Source of the DNA: Spizellomyces punctatus DAOM BR117
Lineage: Eukaryota
Length of the DNA stretch: 64,000 nt
Strand: one strand, 5' to 3'
Assembly (NCBI GenBank): GCA_000182565.2
Contig: KQ257452.1
Positions 25,808-37,891 of this stretch are shown here, in pieces. Within the stretch, counting starts at the first letter, position 1. Each line of letters begins with the position of its first letter. The notes beneath the pieces were generated by a model that saw nothing but the letters and a program-made list of their open reading frames with translations, was not told the DNA's origin and ran no database searches. A program made the position numbers and the translations under genes.

Positions 25808-28207
25808 ATGGCCAATGCACCGTCCGCGGATCAAATGGTGGAGGCCCTAGATCGATTTTATCTGGAATGGGCCAACGCAAACAATATCGATGTGAACGCT
25901 GCTCTCTTTTGCAGCCCGGCCCGTCGAAGCATAACGATCGACGAAAACGAAATCATCGAACCAGGTGCCCGACTGTTGTCAATTCCTCTTCGTGCTGCTC
26001 TTTCTGCGTGGGGCCCTGGTCACGAAGAGGAAGCCGCCTTCGATATGTGGCTCACGACAGTGCAAGACAGATGCGATACCCGACGCCAACGGGTGCCGCT
26101 TATCGAAGGGTTTGGAGCTGTGCAAGCCGTCATCATGCGGCTCTTATTCCATCTGTCTCTCGAGATGGAATCACGATTCGCACCATGGCTCGCGACCTTG
26201 CGAGTGTTTCCGGTCTACCGGGAATTTCCACCAGACCCACGGTATCTGGGACTGTTTATCCCAAATCTAACACCGGACGAGCGAACGGAACTCCGCGGTA
26301 CATCGTTGCAGGTCATGGCCGACTGCAACGAGGAGATTTCAGAAATGTACCGGTTGACCAAAATCCTGGTGGAGGACGCCAGGCAGATGATTGGTGGATT
26401 TTCCTTCCGCCATTATTACTCTACAAACACCATCACCCAACCCGTCCGCAAAGAGGATCCCGACTTCGATCCAGACGGATTCACGTACGATCTCTTCAAG
26501 CGCGCTCTATGGCTAGTATTTCGCACAGGCTATCACGTCAATGCATTAAAGGGCAAGTTCCAGTCGGTTGCGGCTCAGTTTGCGCAACCGAGTTGGTCGT
26601 GGGAAAATATGGGCAAGCCATGTCATCACCTATACCTGATACCCCTGTTTGAATGCCTGCAACCCCAAGCCGATAGAGCAACGGCTTTTGTAAAGCCGAC
26701 GCGCGAAGAGATTGTAATCCCCAACCCCCGGAGAAGATCAAGCGCTTCCAGCGATGGCACTGCCAAGCATGCAGCGCCCGTTCTACCAGATCCGACCAAT
26801 GAGCCGTACGGTGAGTATCATCGATATTATCATACGATCATTATTCCGTATCCGCTGATACATTCCGACTGGTAGAGCCCGAGTACAGCGTCGTAACGGG
26901 CGTCGTGATCAACGTTCACGCGGCAAACCGGCTTATTCAGCGCCAAAGGCTGACCATTCATGGCCTGAACCATGTAATCAACACCGCCGATATGCTCAAA
27001 GCATATGGTACCATGGATGGCAGCCGCTTTGAATCCTTTGCGATACCCAGTGCAATTGTCGATCGGTCTATTCGACTGCATTTGGGAGGGCCCTCTGCGG
27101 TCGAGTATTCTGCCAAGGGTAAGGCTCCTGCCACTTTTAACCAGGACCTTTATGCTTTGGCTAGGCAACAGTTGCATTATCGCGGGTACTGGCCAGAGCC
27201 GCAAGAAGAGTTCCAGGTTACATGCCGGATCATGGAAAATCCCCACCTGATAACGTAAGTTTATGACTTGTCATTGTTTGTGCCATACCTCGAGTTTGTT
27301 GATGGACTGATTTCTCTGTACCGCTTTTTTTCTCGTTCCACTTGTCAGCTGCGTGGTGGTCGCCCTCATGTCCCATGAGGAGCTCGAAAAGTGGGCTTGC
27401 AAACCTTGCAGTTTCGACTATGGCTGGTTGAAGAGTCAAGCGGAGACACCTGGCGGTATGCAATATGATCGATGTTGCACCATTGCCGAGATACTGGGAT
27501 CGATCATCTTTGAGAGGCTTGCAGCTATACCGAGCAACGACAACCATGATTCCGCCATCATGAACCGCTGCCAAGCGATGCGGACGTGGGATCATAAGAA
27601 GCTGCAGCGTGAGAAGCTTGAGCAATTGCGGAGGGCGGCAGAGGACGTTTTGGATGAGCGAGATGGACGCGACGGCGAGCGGACATCACAAGGTCGACCG
27701 CCGGGTGCATCGAATGGTCATTCACGCCCGCGTGCGCCAAGCAGCAACCTTTCTGATAGCCCACGCAAGCGGAAGCGGGGCCAAGAAGGGGAGACATTAA
27801 GCGGCGAGTCCCGATCGGCGATTCCAAAAGATGATAGCGGGGCCTCACCGCCAAAGACACGGAAGCTGAATGGTGGAGGCGACTCACCCACCACCGCAAG
27901 AACTCCCGTCCGAAGCAAGCGTCACGCTAGGTCCTGCCCATCTACCCCGCCCTCTGGGGGTTCATCATCGTCGTCGTCTGGGTCAAAAAAGCGTGGTCGA
28001 TCAGCCAGTGACGACGAAACTCAGTCATCCTCACCCGAAAAGCGCCGAAAATCAGCCTCGTCGCTCCCACTCTTTGACCCGTTTGCAGATTTCCGTCGAT
28101 GGTGGACCTACGGCAAAGAGATGGCCGTCCTTTTTCGGTGGCGGGAGCGCGTAGCTTTGCAGCATGCTCTCAGCCACCTTCAAAGAGATGCTACAAAAGC
28201 TGCTTGA
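25808..28207 (+). CDS. Divergent SET-domain (Rubisco-LSMT/SETD6/Rkm-like) protein; C-terminus apparently frameshifted and probably extends to 28417
   Basis: IEPGARLLSIP, SRFAPWLATL, LIPLFECLQP (equivalent to LvPlaDmlNH), AANRLI...NTADMLKAYG; introns 26811-26875 and 27255-27348. Confidence 0.6.
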
Positions 28208-30050
28208 TCGGACGGCGGCCTTGTTGGAGGACCTGGTCCACCATGAGCAAAATGAGGATGCTGACGGGGAGGAGGAAGAGGGCAGTGGCACGGAGGATGG
28301 GAGGAAGAGGGGACAGAGGTGGCAGAGAGTGAGTGGGAGACGGGTCATGGGAGTGATAGTGAAGTTGAGGATGAGGAGGTTGCGGATGTGGGGTTGGATG
28401 AGGGGGAGGAGATGTAATATCAAGATTCAAAAGAGGAGGATAATGGACCAGTGCGCGGATTTAAAGAAAGGGGAAAGGCAAAGTGGGGATTTTGGGAGAA
28501 ATGGGAGGGTACACACACACACAAGTTGTGTATTTGCTTGTTTTTTTTTTTGATTATTCTTTTGTGTTGTTTTGGCGAAGAGGTTGTACATAAATATTCA
28601 TTTTGCATTTTGGGGGGGTTTGTTATGGCGAAAACATCCTTTGCAATATTGTCATGCAAAAACTTGGATCTGGGCTCATAACGAGCGGAAGATGTTCAAA
28701 ATACCCAGAAAAGGAATTTGTTTGGATAGGCTGGAGGGCACAAGGTCTCTGTTCAAATCCGAGATGGAGGTCCCAGCCAATGTGATTCTTGCAGGGCACC
28801 AAAATCTTTTTGCTTATCCCGAATTCATTAAAAGCAAAGATGCGCATTGGGTCAACACTGGTCAACACTACCGAGGGTTGGTAATATCAAGTATTTTTAA
28901 AGGGTCATTGCCGACGAGTGCAACTTTCATGAATAAAACGTAGAAATGCAAGAAAACGGGGATATCCTGACTAGGCAACCAGGGACACCTAGTAGATTCA
29001 TTTCCATTTTCTTGCACTCTGCTTCACTTTATAATCCCTTATCTTCCCGTATATATAATTCTTTGTCTTGTTCATTGCATGCTTTATTTACAAAAGTGTT
29101 TTATGATTGAAAGTTTTAATTACTTGATTCTTTGTTGTGAATCGACACGTTGTGGTTGGGATACCGTTCTTTTAGCGACAATACCCAAATCCGATACCAC
29201 CACATAAGACGAATCTATGTATATAATTATCGAAAGTGGGGGAGACATGGAGCCATTCAATATATATTCAAATGTGTTGCATCTTGAGTATTTTTGTCTA
29301 TTTGCAAAAAAAAAAAAACGAAACATCTCTTGGGAAGCTGCTACCAGTGTCAAAGAATTATGCTTTTAAGTGGCGTGGCATCTTATAAACGTCAGCCATA
29401 CATACGCGACGATCGTCTAGTGGTTCCGCCTTTTGCAGAAAACAACATGCAAAAACTATATATCCTTGCAAAAGTAAAAAACGTGGTTGCCAGTGCAAAC
29501 GACCATGAGGTTGCGGGTAATGAATACATTAAATCAATAACTTACAAACCTTGCGTAAATACCATGGATATTCCAATTGTATTGAGAAAAAAGCGAGTAA
29601 CAGTATCAAAAGACAATTTCCATATATTCTCTACCCAAACACCCAACAACATCAAAAGATCCTCTGCCCGCAAGAGTCCAAAACCCGAAGCCCCATCGGA
29701 GTTTAAACAACACGCATAAACAAGTATTGATTATGTCAGCGTGCAAGATGGGGCCATAATGTGTATATGAAGGAGGCGAAGGAATCAATTTTTGAACAAA
29801 ACACAAAACTAGATAGCTCAGCTTCTTGCCCTCAGCCTCTCGTCCCAGATTTTTTATAAAGAGCAAGTGAATTGTTTGTGGTTTGTGAAGGTTCATCCTC
29901 CTCTTCCACCTTCTTGAGCTTTGGTAGGTTTCATTTGGCGGCGGGATTTTCGTCGGGTTTTGTTAACCTCGCTTTTTCAAACTAGGATCTATATCTCTTT
30001 TTTGAAAAACACAAGTTTTGAAATAAAAAAAAAAAACAACAACAACAACC

Positions 30051-30705
30051 ATGCAAGCCCAACCTCAAATGACGACTGTTCAACCCGGGTACGCCCCCCA
30101 ACCCGTCGCAGGGGCCGCTCCCGGTCAAACCAACGTAAATACGACACATCGTTCTAACAACGCGCTTAAAATGATAGTCATGTACTAATGGATAATGTTG
30201 TTTTAGGTTGTCGTTGTCACTCAAGTTGTCCAGCGCCCACCAAAAGATTGGTCTCACAGTCTCTTTGACTGTTTCGGAGACTTTGGAACGTGCTGTTTGG
30301 CGTGCTTGGCGCCCTGTTATGTCTATGCTACAAACAAACAATCTATGAACAAGAATGATGGATGCTGTGGGGTAAGTAGTCTTTTTACGTAGTTTGTAAA
30401 ACACACGGATCTTGATCATCTTTTTTTTGGCTAGGACTGCTTCATGTACTATTGCGCCGCGCAATGCGGATGCGGACCTTGTATCGGATCAGGTGGCCGT
30501 GCGAGCGTTCGGAGCAAGTACAACATTACTGGCGACTCTTGCTCAGATTTCGTAAGTTTTCAAAAGGATTTTTTTTGTATTCTATCGTTAATGTGGTTGG
30601 CTAAAACATTGACTTTTGTAGTGTGCGCACTGCTTCTGCGTCCCTTGTGCTCTTACCCAAGAGAAGCGTGAGATTGATGGCATGATTGCAACTGGAATGA
30701 ACTAG
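30051..30705 (+). CDS. PLAC8-family Cys-rich protein (4 exons)
   Basis: DWSHSLFDCFGDFGTCCLACLAPC...RASVRSKYNITGDSCSDFCAHCFCVPCALTQEKRE. Confidence 0.93.
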
Positions 30706-31337
30706 AGTGACCGGTTCACTCTTTTTTTGTGTTTGTATGCTCCAATATAATAAAAGAAAAAGTTTTGTATGCTTGAATAGAATTAAACAATAAAAACACT
30801 TTGGCGGGGCTTGCGATGTGATGGATATCCAATGACGGATATCCATCACTGGTCAACCCTGCGAGTAGTTTTGTCTCATCAAAACTTGCCGCCTTAATGA
30901 TGGAGTCTACTTTTTGATATCGTTAATTTGCAAAGCCGCCAAGAATCTACTCCTCTTATGATCATGGGCACCAAGTCCAAAGTAACACTGACAGTCCTGT
31001 AACTCGTTTGCAACTCTACAAGCTTATTTCAAAAGACCTGGTAAATAACATTTTAAATTCTGTGTTTGGCAACTTGCATCATTTTGCAACTCAATCAGAG
31101 TATACTTGTTTTTCATTACATGCCATCCATCCAGAAAACATGATGAAGGTCAACAGAACAATCTCCCGCAAAGAAACAACCCACTCGGGATCCTCACAAA
31201 ACATCCCCAACACGCCCAGCTTCTTTGGAACGCAGCAGTATGAAAAAGAAAAAAGAAATACCAACATATTCATGCTCGTCCAGCAATATATTTCAAAAGT
31301 ATATTTACAAAAACGATAGTACAACAGGAATGTGCAT

Positions 31338-31652
31338 TTACACCTTGTTGTCAGTCTCAGTCTCATGTCTGTGCTCGTGCATCATCTTTCTCTGCATATC
31401 AAATGTGAGCAAAAAGGACTTTTAGAAAAAACAGCTCGAGCCGCACAAAGGCGCCCCTACCTTTTCCTCAACCTTGTCCACCTCACGCTTGGCCATCTCT
31501 CTCCTTTCTTCTATGAAATGCTCGTGCCGTTGGTCGGCCGTCAGATGGGACGCCAGGTGATGAGAGTGTTCAGTGTGGTGGATGGCGGCAGTGTGGAGGT
31601 GGGGGAGGGGGGGAGGAGGCGAAGGGGTGCGGAGCGGATCCTTTTCCGGCAT
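31338..31652 (-). CDS. Small (81 aa) His/Glu-rich hypothetical protein, 2 exons
   Basis: ATG at 31652; the GT-AG intron 31392-31460 splices in frame to RKMMHEHRHETETDNKV*. Confidence 0.6.
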
Positions 31653-31937
31653 GTGAAGAGTTATAGTAGATTGAAAGTTGCTACGGGTGAGGTACTGATC
31701 ACCTTCCGGGTGAGCTTTGTCATTTCTAGAGGCCAAAATCCTCTTACGCGACATGACAAGGGCCTGACTCACTGACTCTGAACCGAGTCATTCAAAAATA
31801 ATGGGAAAAGAAAAATATTGCCATGCTGATACAGGTATATATTTGCCAAAATAACCCAAAATAACCAAAAATAATAATAATAATTTTACAAGAGAAAAAT
31901 GATATACAGGAAATGCAAGTGTGAGACTGCAACCACC

Positions 31938-33224
31938 TCATTCAGTGGCCGACAACCTCTCCCGCAAAATCTCAACTTGCTGCTCCAAAGCCTTCAAAAG
32001 AGTAGCCGCCTCTGAACTCGACATGGCCTTGACCTGCTCCCGGAACGCGGCATGCTCAGATTCCGACAAGGGTTCGGGTGACATGCATACGCGGATCGGA
32101 GAGGCGGCAGTGACTTGTCGCTTGGACTCTGATTCGTCTGATGTGTAGCCAGAATCTGTGCGTTGGCGCTTGCGATTCGCAAGGTCGGACGCAGAAGAGG
32201 GGGACAGGGGAGAGGTGGAAATGTGAATCGATGGGAATACGTGTGGTACTTGCGCTTGTTGGGTTTGTGGGGATGCGATTGGCTGTTGTTGTGCGGGTGC
32301 TGGAATCTGAGACGTGACGCGGGGAATAGGCACACGGTCGGTGGTGCTAGAGTTGAGCAAGTTGGCCGGGTTGGCGGGAATGACAATCGGCGCCACGCTT
32401 GTGCGACGGTTCGCGCGATCGATAATGTTGACGGGACGCATGCGGTGATTGGTCTTGAGGTACAGACCACACGCGTTGCAAATGGGTTGTCCGCCGTCAG
32501 GCGTTCGTCGCCACAAGGGTGTCTTTGTCGTCCCGCAGTTCACACACACATTGAAGCGTTGATGTCGCTTTTGCGCTTTCGCATCGTCTGACGCCAAAGT
32601 AGATGCGGAAGAGCCAAATAGAGTCGCAGCGGACGCTCCAGGAGACGCATTTGCAAATTGTTGCGCTTGCACTTGCTGTTGAATGGCAAGCGCAATGGTT
32701 GCAGCCGTTGTCGCGGCCGAATCCAAGCAGTGCGCTTCCAGAGTCTCTGCCGATTTTGCTGCAATCGGAGCCAAAGGGGGACTCAACGGGCTAAACATAA
32801 CGTGCTGTGAAAGGGTATTGGGAGCAGGTGTAGGAGAAGGGGCCAATGCGGTTTCTTGCAGTGGCGATGGCGAGGGAGATCCGTGTTCAGAACCAGCAGA
32901 CTGTGACAGGGAATCTTGCGATGCAGTGTCATCAGAGCTCTGCTCCTCGCTGTCCAACTTGTAATCCTGCTGAGACGCACTGCATGCGTCGCTCAGAGAC
33001 ATGTCGCCCGAGAACCAATCCAAATTTCCCGTCAAATCAAACGTCTCTGAAAAGGGCGTCGTCAAGTACATGTCGAGAGGATCCATCGCCCCTACGGGGC
33101 TCTGCGGTGGAGACTGCTGCTTGTCGCGCTGAGGGGACCATGTATCATCCAATGCACCGCCGAGGGTATTCAGGTCCACCAGCATAAATGGGTTGAAAAA
33201 CGTTCCTTCCAGGGTAGCTGCCAT
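31938..33224 (-). CDS. GATA zinc-finger transcription factor
   Basis: [14 protein letters not shown]...[10 protein letters not shown]-terminal coiled coil. Confidence 0.93.
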   Translation of the reverse strand: MAATLEGTFFNPFMLVDLNTLGGALDDTWSPQRDKQQSPPQSPVGAMDPLDMYLTTPFSETFDLTGNLDWFSGDMSLSDACSASQQDYKLDSEEQSSDDTASQDSLSQSAGSEHGSPSPSPLQETALAPSPTPAPNTLSQHVMFSPLSPPLAPIAAKSAETLEAHCLDSAATTAATIALAIQQQVQAQQFANASPGASAATLFGSSASTLASDDAKAQKRHQRFNVCVNCGTTKTPLWRRTPDGGQPICNACGLYLKTNHRMRPVNIIDRANRRTSVAPIVIPANPANLLNSSTTDRVPIPRVTSQIPAPAQQQPIASPQTQQAQVPHVFPSIHISTSPLSPSSASDLANRKRQRTDSGYTSDESESKRQVTAASPIRVCMSPEPLSESEHAAFREQVKAMSSSEAATLLKALEQQVEILRERLSATE

Positions 33225-33974
33225 GATCTTTTTTTGTTGAGGGTATCGTTATCTTGCTTTTTTCAACAAAATGCTTGCCCACTGCCCAAGAAACAAAAAA
33301 GAAAAACCACAACGGGGGGGAAATTTCCCACTAGCTCGCTTTTTATAATCCTCTTAATAACCCCCCCAAACGTCTTTTACCCCAGCCCAAAATCCGTTCT
33401 CCCGGGCCTTTCCTTGCGGGGTGGACCGTCTCCCAACCTTTTTTTCAGACGCTTTGCTGGCGAGTCCTTCCGAACGCGCAAAAAACTATTTTTTTTTTCT
33501 TTCACATGCGTTGCTTTTTTTTCTGCCGTGACCGTGGGAGACGGGAGACAAAAGTAGAACCGATCCAATGGGAACTGTTTCACGTGATGTGTGACATCGC
33601 GTGAGAAGAAATATTTCCTCTTGATAAGATCTATTGTTAACCATGGAGTGAGATCCGGTTCTACGGTAGCGCTTATCTCTGCATCCTTGATCAGAATATT
33701 GATCTTGGTAGCCAATCAGATGCGATTAAAGTGAGATGACGAGAGTGATGTGGATGACTGTGGAGCGTACGACATGCGCGTTCCAAAAGTTACCCGTGGA
33801 ATTTTTTAAACGCCGCATCAGACAACCTTCGCCCCTCTTTTCCTCCACCACCGAAAATGGTAAGAATTTATTATTGGCTGGCAGAATTGACAATTGGTTT
33901 TTGGCCGAGAGGAAAAAACAAGGGTCCAAAAACATTGTGAGAAAACTAATGATTTTAAATTGCTTACGTCCATA

Positions 33975-34075
33975 TGGCAATGACTTGCAAGTCCAAAGGG
34001 CAATGCAGATGGCAATGTAAATGGCAAATGTACAGAAGGCAAATGCAAATATGGCAAATGCAAATGGCAATGCAG
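33975..34075. repeat. Degenerate GGCAA(A)TG / ATGCAAAT microrepeat tract in a divergent promoter region
   Basis: Many adjacent copies of (g)gcaa(a)tg. Confidence 0.7.
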
Positions 34076-34573
34076 TAGTAAAAAAGCCCAAACTGCAAGG
34101 CGATCGACAAGCCATCCAATGCTAAAAGCGCACATGAAAAAGTGTGGAGCAATGCAAATCCCACAAGAAGGGGGATCCCCACAGCGTGGAGAAGGGTACG
34201 CGCTCCCCTCCACAAAAACAAAGGGATGCCACATGCGCTGTGCTTCAAGTTGCTTGCTCTCACATGCCAGCTGGAGACATGCTTGTATCACGCTCTATCA
34301 CGTGAAATTCAACCAATCACGCGCTGACAATGGCGTGATGAATTCATATATCTAAATATGGATAGATGAGATGCTTTATCAAAAGTTTCTTGATATCTTT
34401 GACTTGTGTTATCAGCGACTCTCAAAGGGAAGGGCAAACGACGACGACGAACGACAACGGCAACGGACGGCGAATTGTGGGGAGGATTATAAATAGGGCA
34501 ACGTTTGTCTCCTCCCTCACCTCATCTCTTTTTATTTTAACGTCTCCCACACTGGACAACGAGAAGGATCAGT

Positions 34574-35839
34574 ATGGACGTTTATCCACCCATACCAACG
34601 TCGCAGTCTCCACTCAAACTTGTTCTGCGCCCAACACTTCAACGTCAGTGTCTCGTCATTGGAGGCTCTCGCCTTGCGGCAGCCATCGTTCGGTCCGTTT
34701 TGGCTGCAAATGCTGTCGTCACACTGGTTTCGCAACGATTATGCAAGGAACTCGCCGTCCGGTCGGCCAGAGGAGAAGTAGGATGGTTGGAAAGACAGTT
34801 TGAGGAGAGAGACTTGATTGAAAAGGATTTGGTGTTTGTTGTCGATGAGGATCCCACATGCATTGTAGAGCGTTGCAGGCAGTCCCGGATATGGGTGTCT
34901 GCAGTTCGACATCCAGACTTGGGCGATTTCTCAATATCACATGAACCTGTTTCTGAACAAGACGATATTCCAACGCTCTCGGAACCATCGCAACCGCAAG
35001 CACCATCACGCACTCCCTCACCCGCACCACCAAGACTTCCTGGCAGTCTCACCCTCGTCGGCGCCGGCCCAGGATCGCCCGACCTCCTTACTCTCAAAGC
35101 CCTTACAGCTCTCAAAACAGCCGATCTCGTCGTCTCGGACCGCCTCGTTTCACCCGCCATCACCCGCCTCGTTACCTGCCCCATCCAGTTTGCCCGAAAA
35201 GTATGTGGAAGAGCCCGAGAAGCTCAAGACGAGATTTACAAATGGACATTGAATGCCGTAAAGGAAGGCAAAAACGTTGTGCGACTCAAGGGAGGCGATC
35301 CATTTGTGTTTGGACGAGGGGGAGAAGAAGTCTTGTTCTTTAGAAAGTGTGGAGTAGAATGTGTAGTCGTGCCGGGCATATCATCCAGTTTGGCCGCTCC
35401 TCTTTATGCCGGTATACCCGTCACGCATCGCGGCGTGGCTGACCAAGTCGTCATTGCGACCGGACGCAAAGAGGATGGGTCGGCGCCCACATATCCCCCA
35501 TATCATCCTCAGCGAACGTCCGTCTTTCTGATGGCCATGGGATGCATCGACAGATTGTCGAAGACGCTGGTTAAAGATTTGGGATACCCACCTGAATGTC
35601 CTGTGGCAGTCATTGAGAAGGCAACTTGTGAAGAGCAGCGAGTCGTAAAGGGAACGGTCGAGAGCATTGCTGGACTAGTATCTGGTTTGGGTATAACAAG
35701 TCATGCCACGTTGGTGGTGGGAGGTGTGGTCGAGGCCTTGGCGCCCGAAGAGGACGAATGGTCTGACGAACGCTCCAGTGTTACAGTGGATATGGATGTA
35801 GATGATACGTGGAGTTCTGCAACTGTCGTGAACGATTAA
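34574..35839 (+). CDS. MET1: Uroporphyrinogen-III C-methyltransferase (Met1/CysG-like) with N-terminal CysG dehydrogenase-like remnant
   Basis: LVGAGPGSPDLLT, VVRLKGGDPFVFGRGGEE, PGISS, GIPVTHRG. Confidence 0.9.
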   Translation: MDVYPPIPTSQSPLKLVLRPTLQRQCLVIGGSRLAAAIVRSVLAANAVVTLVSQRLCKELAVRSARGEVGWLERQFEERDLIEKDLVFVVDEDPTCIVERCRQSRIWVSAVRHPDLGDFSISHEPVSEQDDIPTLSEPSQPQAPSRTPSPAPPRLPGSLTLVGAGPGSPDLLTLKALTALKTADLVVSDRLVSPAITRLVTCPIQFARKVCGRAREAQDEIYKWTLNAVKEGKNVVRLKGGDPFVFGRGGEEVLFFRKCGVECVVVPGISSSLAAPLYAGIPVTHRGVADQVVIATGRKEDGSAPTYPPYHPQRTSVFLMAMGCIDRLSKTLVKDLGYPPECPVAVIEKATCEEQRVVKGTVESIAGLVSGLGITSHATLVVGGVVEALAPEEDEWSDERSSVTVDMDVDDTWSSATVVND

Positions 35840-35915
35840 TGGAATGGTCATTGGCTCCCTCAACTTGTAGATTTTGCCCATTTTATATTATTTATCTTTA
35901 TCTGAATATAAAAGC

Positions 35916-37624
35916 TTATATTTTGACCCTCAAATGAAAGTTCTTCAACCTTGTCAAGTGGTCGAAACTGACATTGTAAACAAATGGATTAGCTTGATGA
36001 AAACATAACAGACCAATCGTCGTAGTGTCATGCAAACTCACCCAAACTTTGATAGCGTGACACCTCTCCCAGAGTCTTTCCAGCCGGTCCACGCCATTGC
36101 CGGATCCAGATAATCACAGCGATTCATAAACACCGTGCCAACTTGCAAACTGAAAAAAAAGTTTCAACAAACCAGCTGCCGAACTTGACAAAAGAGACGA
36201 CTTACTCCTCCCCAATGTTCAACCCCTTTTCCACATCTTTTGTCCAAATCGAGGCAGTCAAGCCAAACTCGGAATCATTCATTAACTGAACAGCTTCCGC
36301 ATCAGACGCAACTTTCATGATTCCAACCACAGGCCCGAATGTCTCTTCCCGCATGATACGCATGGAGTGGTCCACATTGATGAGAACTTGGGGAGCAACG
36401 TAGGGTGTGCCGGGCTTGGCTGATGGAAAGAGGCTTTCGTCGATAAGAGGTTTGGCGCCTTTTGAGACTAAAAATGCCAAAGCGTGGTTTGTTTACAATG
36501 CAAAAAGGTACTTTGCGCTCATATATCAAACTTACTAGCGTCCGCAACGTGTTCACGAATGACATGTGCAGATTCAGTCCGTATGACTGGTCCAAGATTG
36601 GTTTCTGGAGCAAAGGGATCACCAAGCTTATACCCTTTGACAACTTGAACAACCTTTTCCAAGAACTGATCCCAAACCTCCTGCCGAACGTAGACCCTCT
36701 CAATTCCGCAACAGCTCTGTCCAGAGTTGTACATGGCACCATCTACAATATTCTCTGCCGCATAGAGAACGTCTGCATCTTGGCGAACGTAGGCAGCGTC
36801 TTTTCCACCCAATTCGAGACCCACGCCAATGAAGCGATCGGACGCTGCTTTGGAAACTTCCTTACCACCACGGACGGATCCAGTAAAGAGAATGTGGGAG
36901 AGAAGGGGATGCTTGATGAGGAGCTCGGTGGTAGGATGGCTAATGTGAAGATGCTGGGTCGTAATACATGTAAACAAGGATTCAAAGAGAAGATGGTAGC
37001 CAGTTTGCACGTTACCTGAAATACACCATCAGGTAAACCTGCTTCTTTGAAGGCCGCCGAAAACCGTTCAGCACAAGGGAAGGTCTGCGGAGCATGCTTC
37101 AAAATAACCGTATTCCCTATTGTCAATAACCATTAGAGATGTTAATACGCGTCGCTCTCAAAGAGACAACACCTACCTGCTAAAAGAGCAGGCACCACCC
37201 CATTCACTGCAATCAAATAGGGATAATTCCATGCCGCAATAACCAGCACAGTCCCCAAAGGTTCTTTTCTCATAAACCTTTGAAAGCCCTCCTTTGGCTC
37301 ACACTCAACGTCCTTTAATGCCTCGGGCGCCACAGACATCATGTACCGCGCACGCTCCTCTAGGCCGCGTAACTCATTATAGTTTTGTTTTAACGGACGA
37401 CCAATGAGGTTGGCCAGCTCGGTAGCAATATCATCCTTTTTAGATAGAATAGACGTCAAAAACTTTTCCATGATAGCAATTCGCTCCTCGAGCGCTGTTT
37501 TACGCCACGACTGAAAGGCATTTGACGAGTGCTTCAAGGCATTTATGGCTTCATCGGGGGATGAGAGGGGAACGGTTTTGTAGGGAGTAGAATCCCCAGG
37601 TGAGACGACAGTGTAGCTCTCCAT
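35916..37624 (-). CDS. Aldehyde dehydrogenase (multi-exon)
   Basis: AWNYP, FTGS, LELGGKD, NSGQSCC, EETFGP, GLTASIWT. Confidence 0.95.
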
Positions 37625-37891
37625 TCTATGCTCAAGATAGCTGCAAGATGAGTGAAAGGGAAACCCACTGCGACGGGATGGGCTTTGTCATTCGGTGATA
37701 CAAGCTGTTGCTATGGTGTGGCAGACTCATAGCCACCTTGGCATTTGCGCACCTGATAGTTCTCAAACCCAATGTCTTATGACGATTACTTTTTATTTTT
37801 ACTTGCATCTGTATATAAAGCAAACGTTTTTGCATTGAGCATCTTGTCATATTCATTAGACTTGCCTATTACAACGCTTACGCCCTAATAA

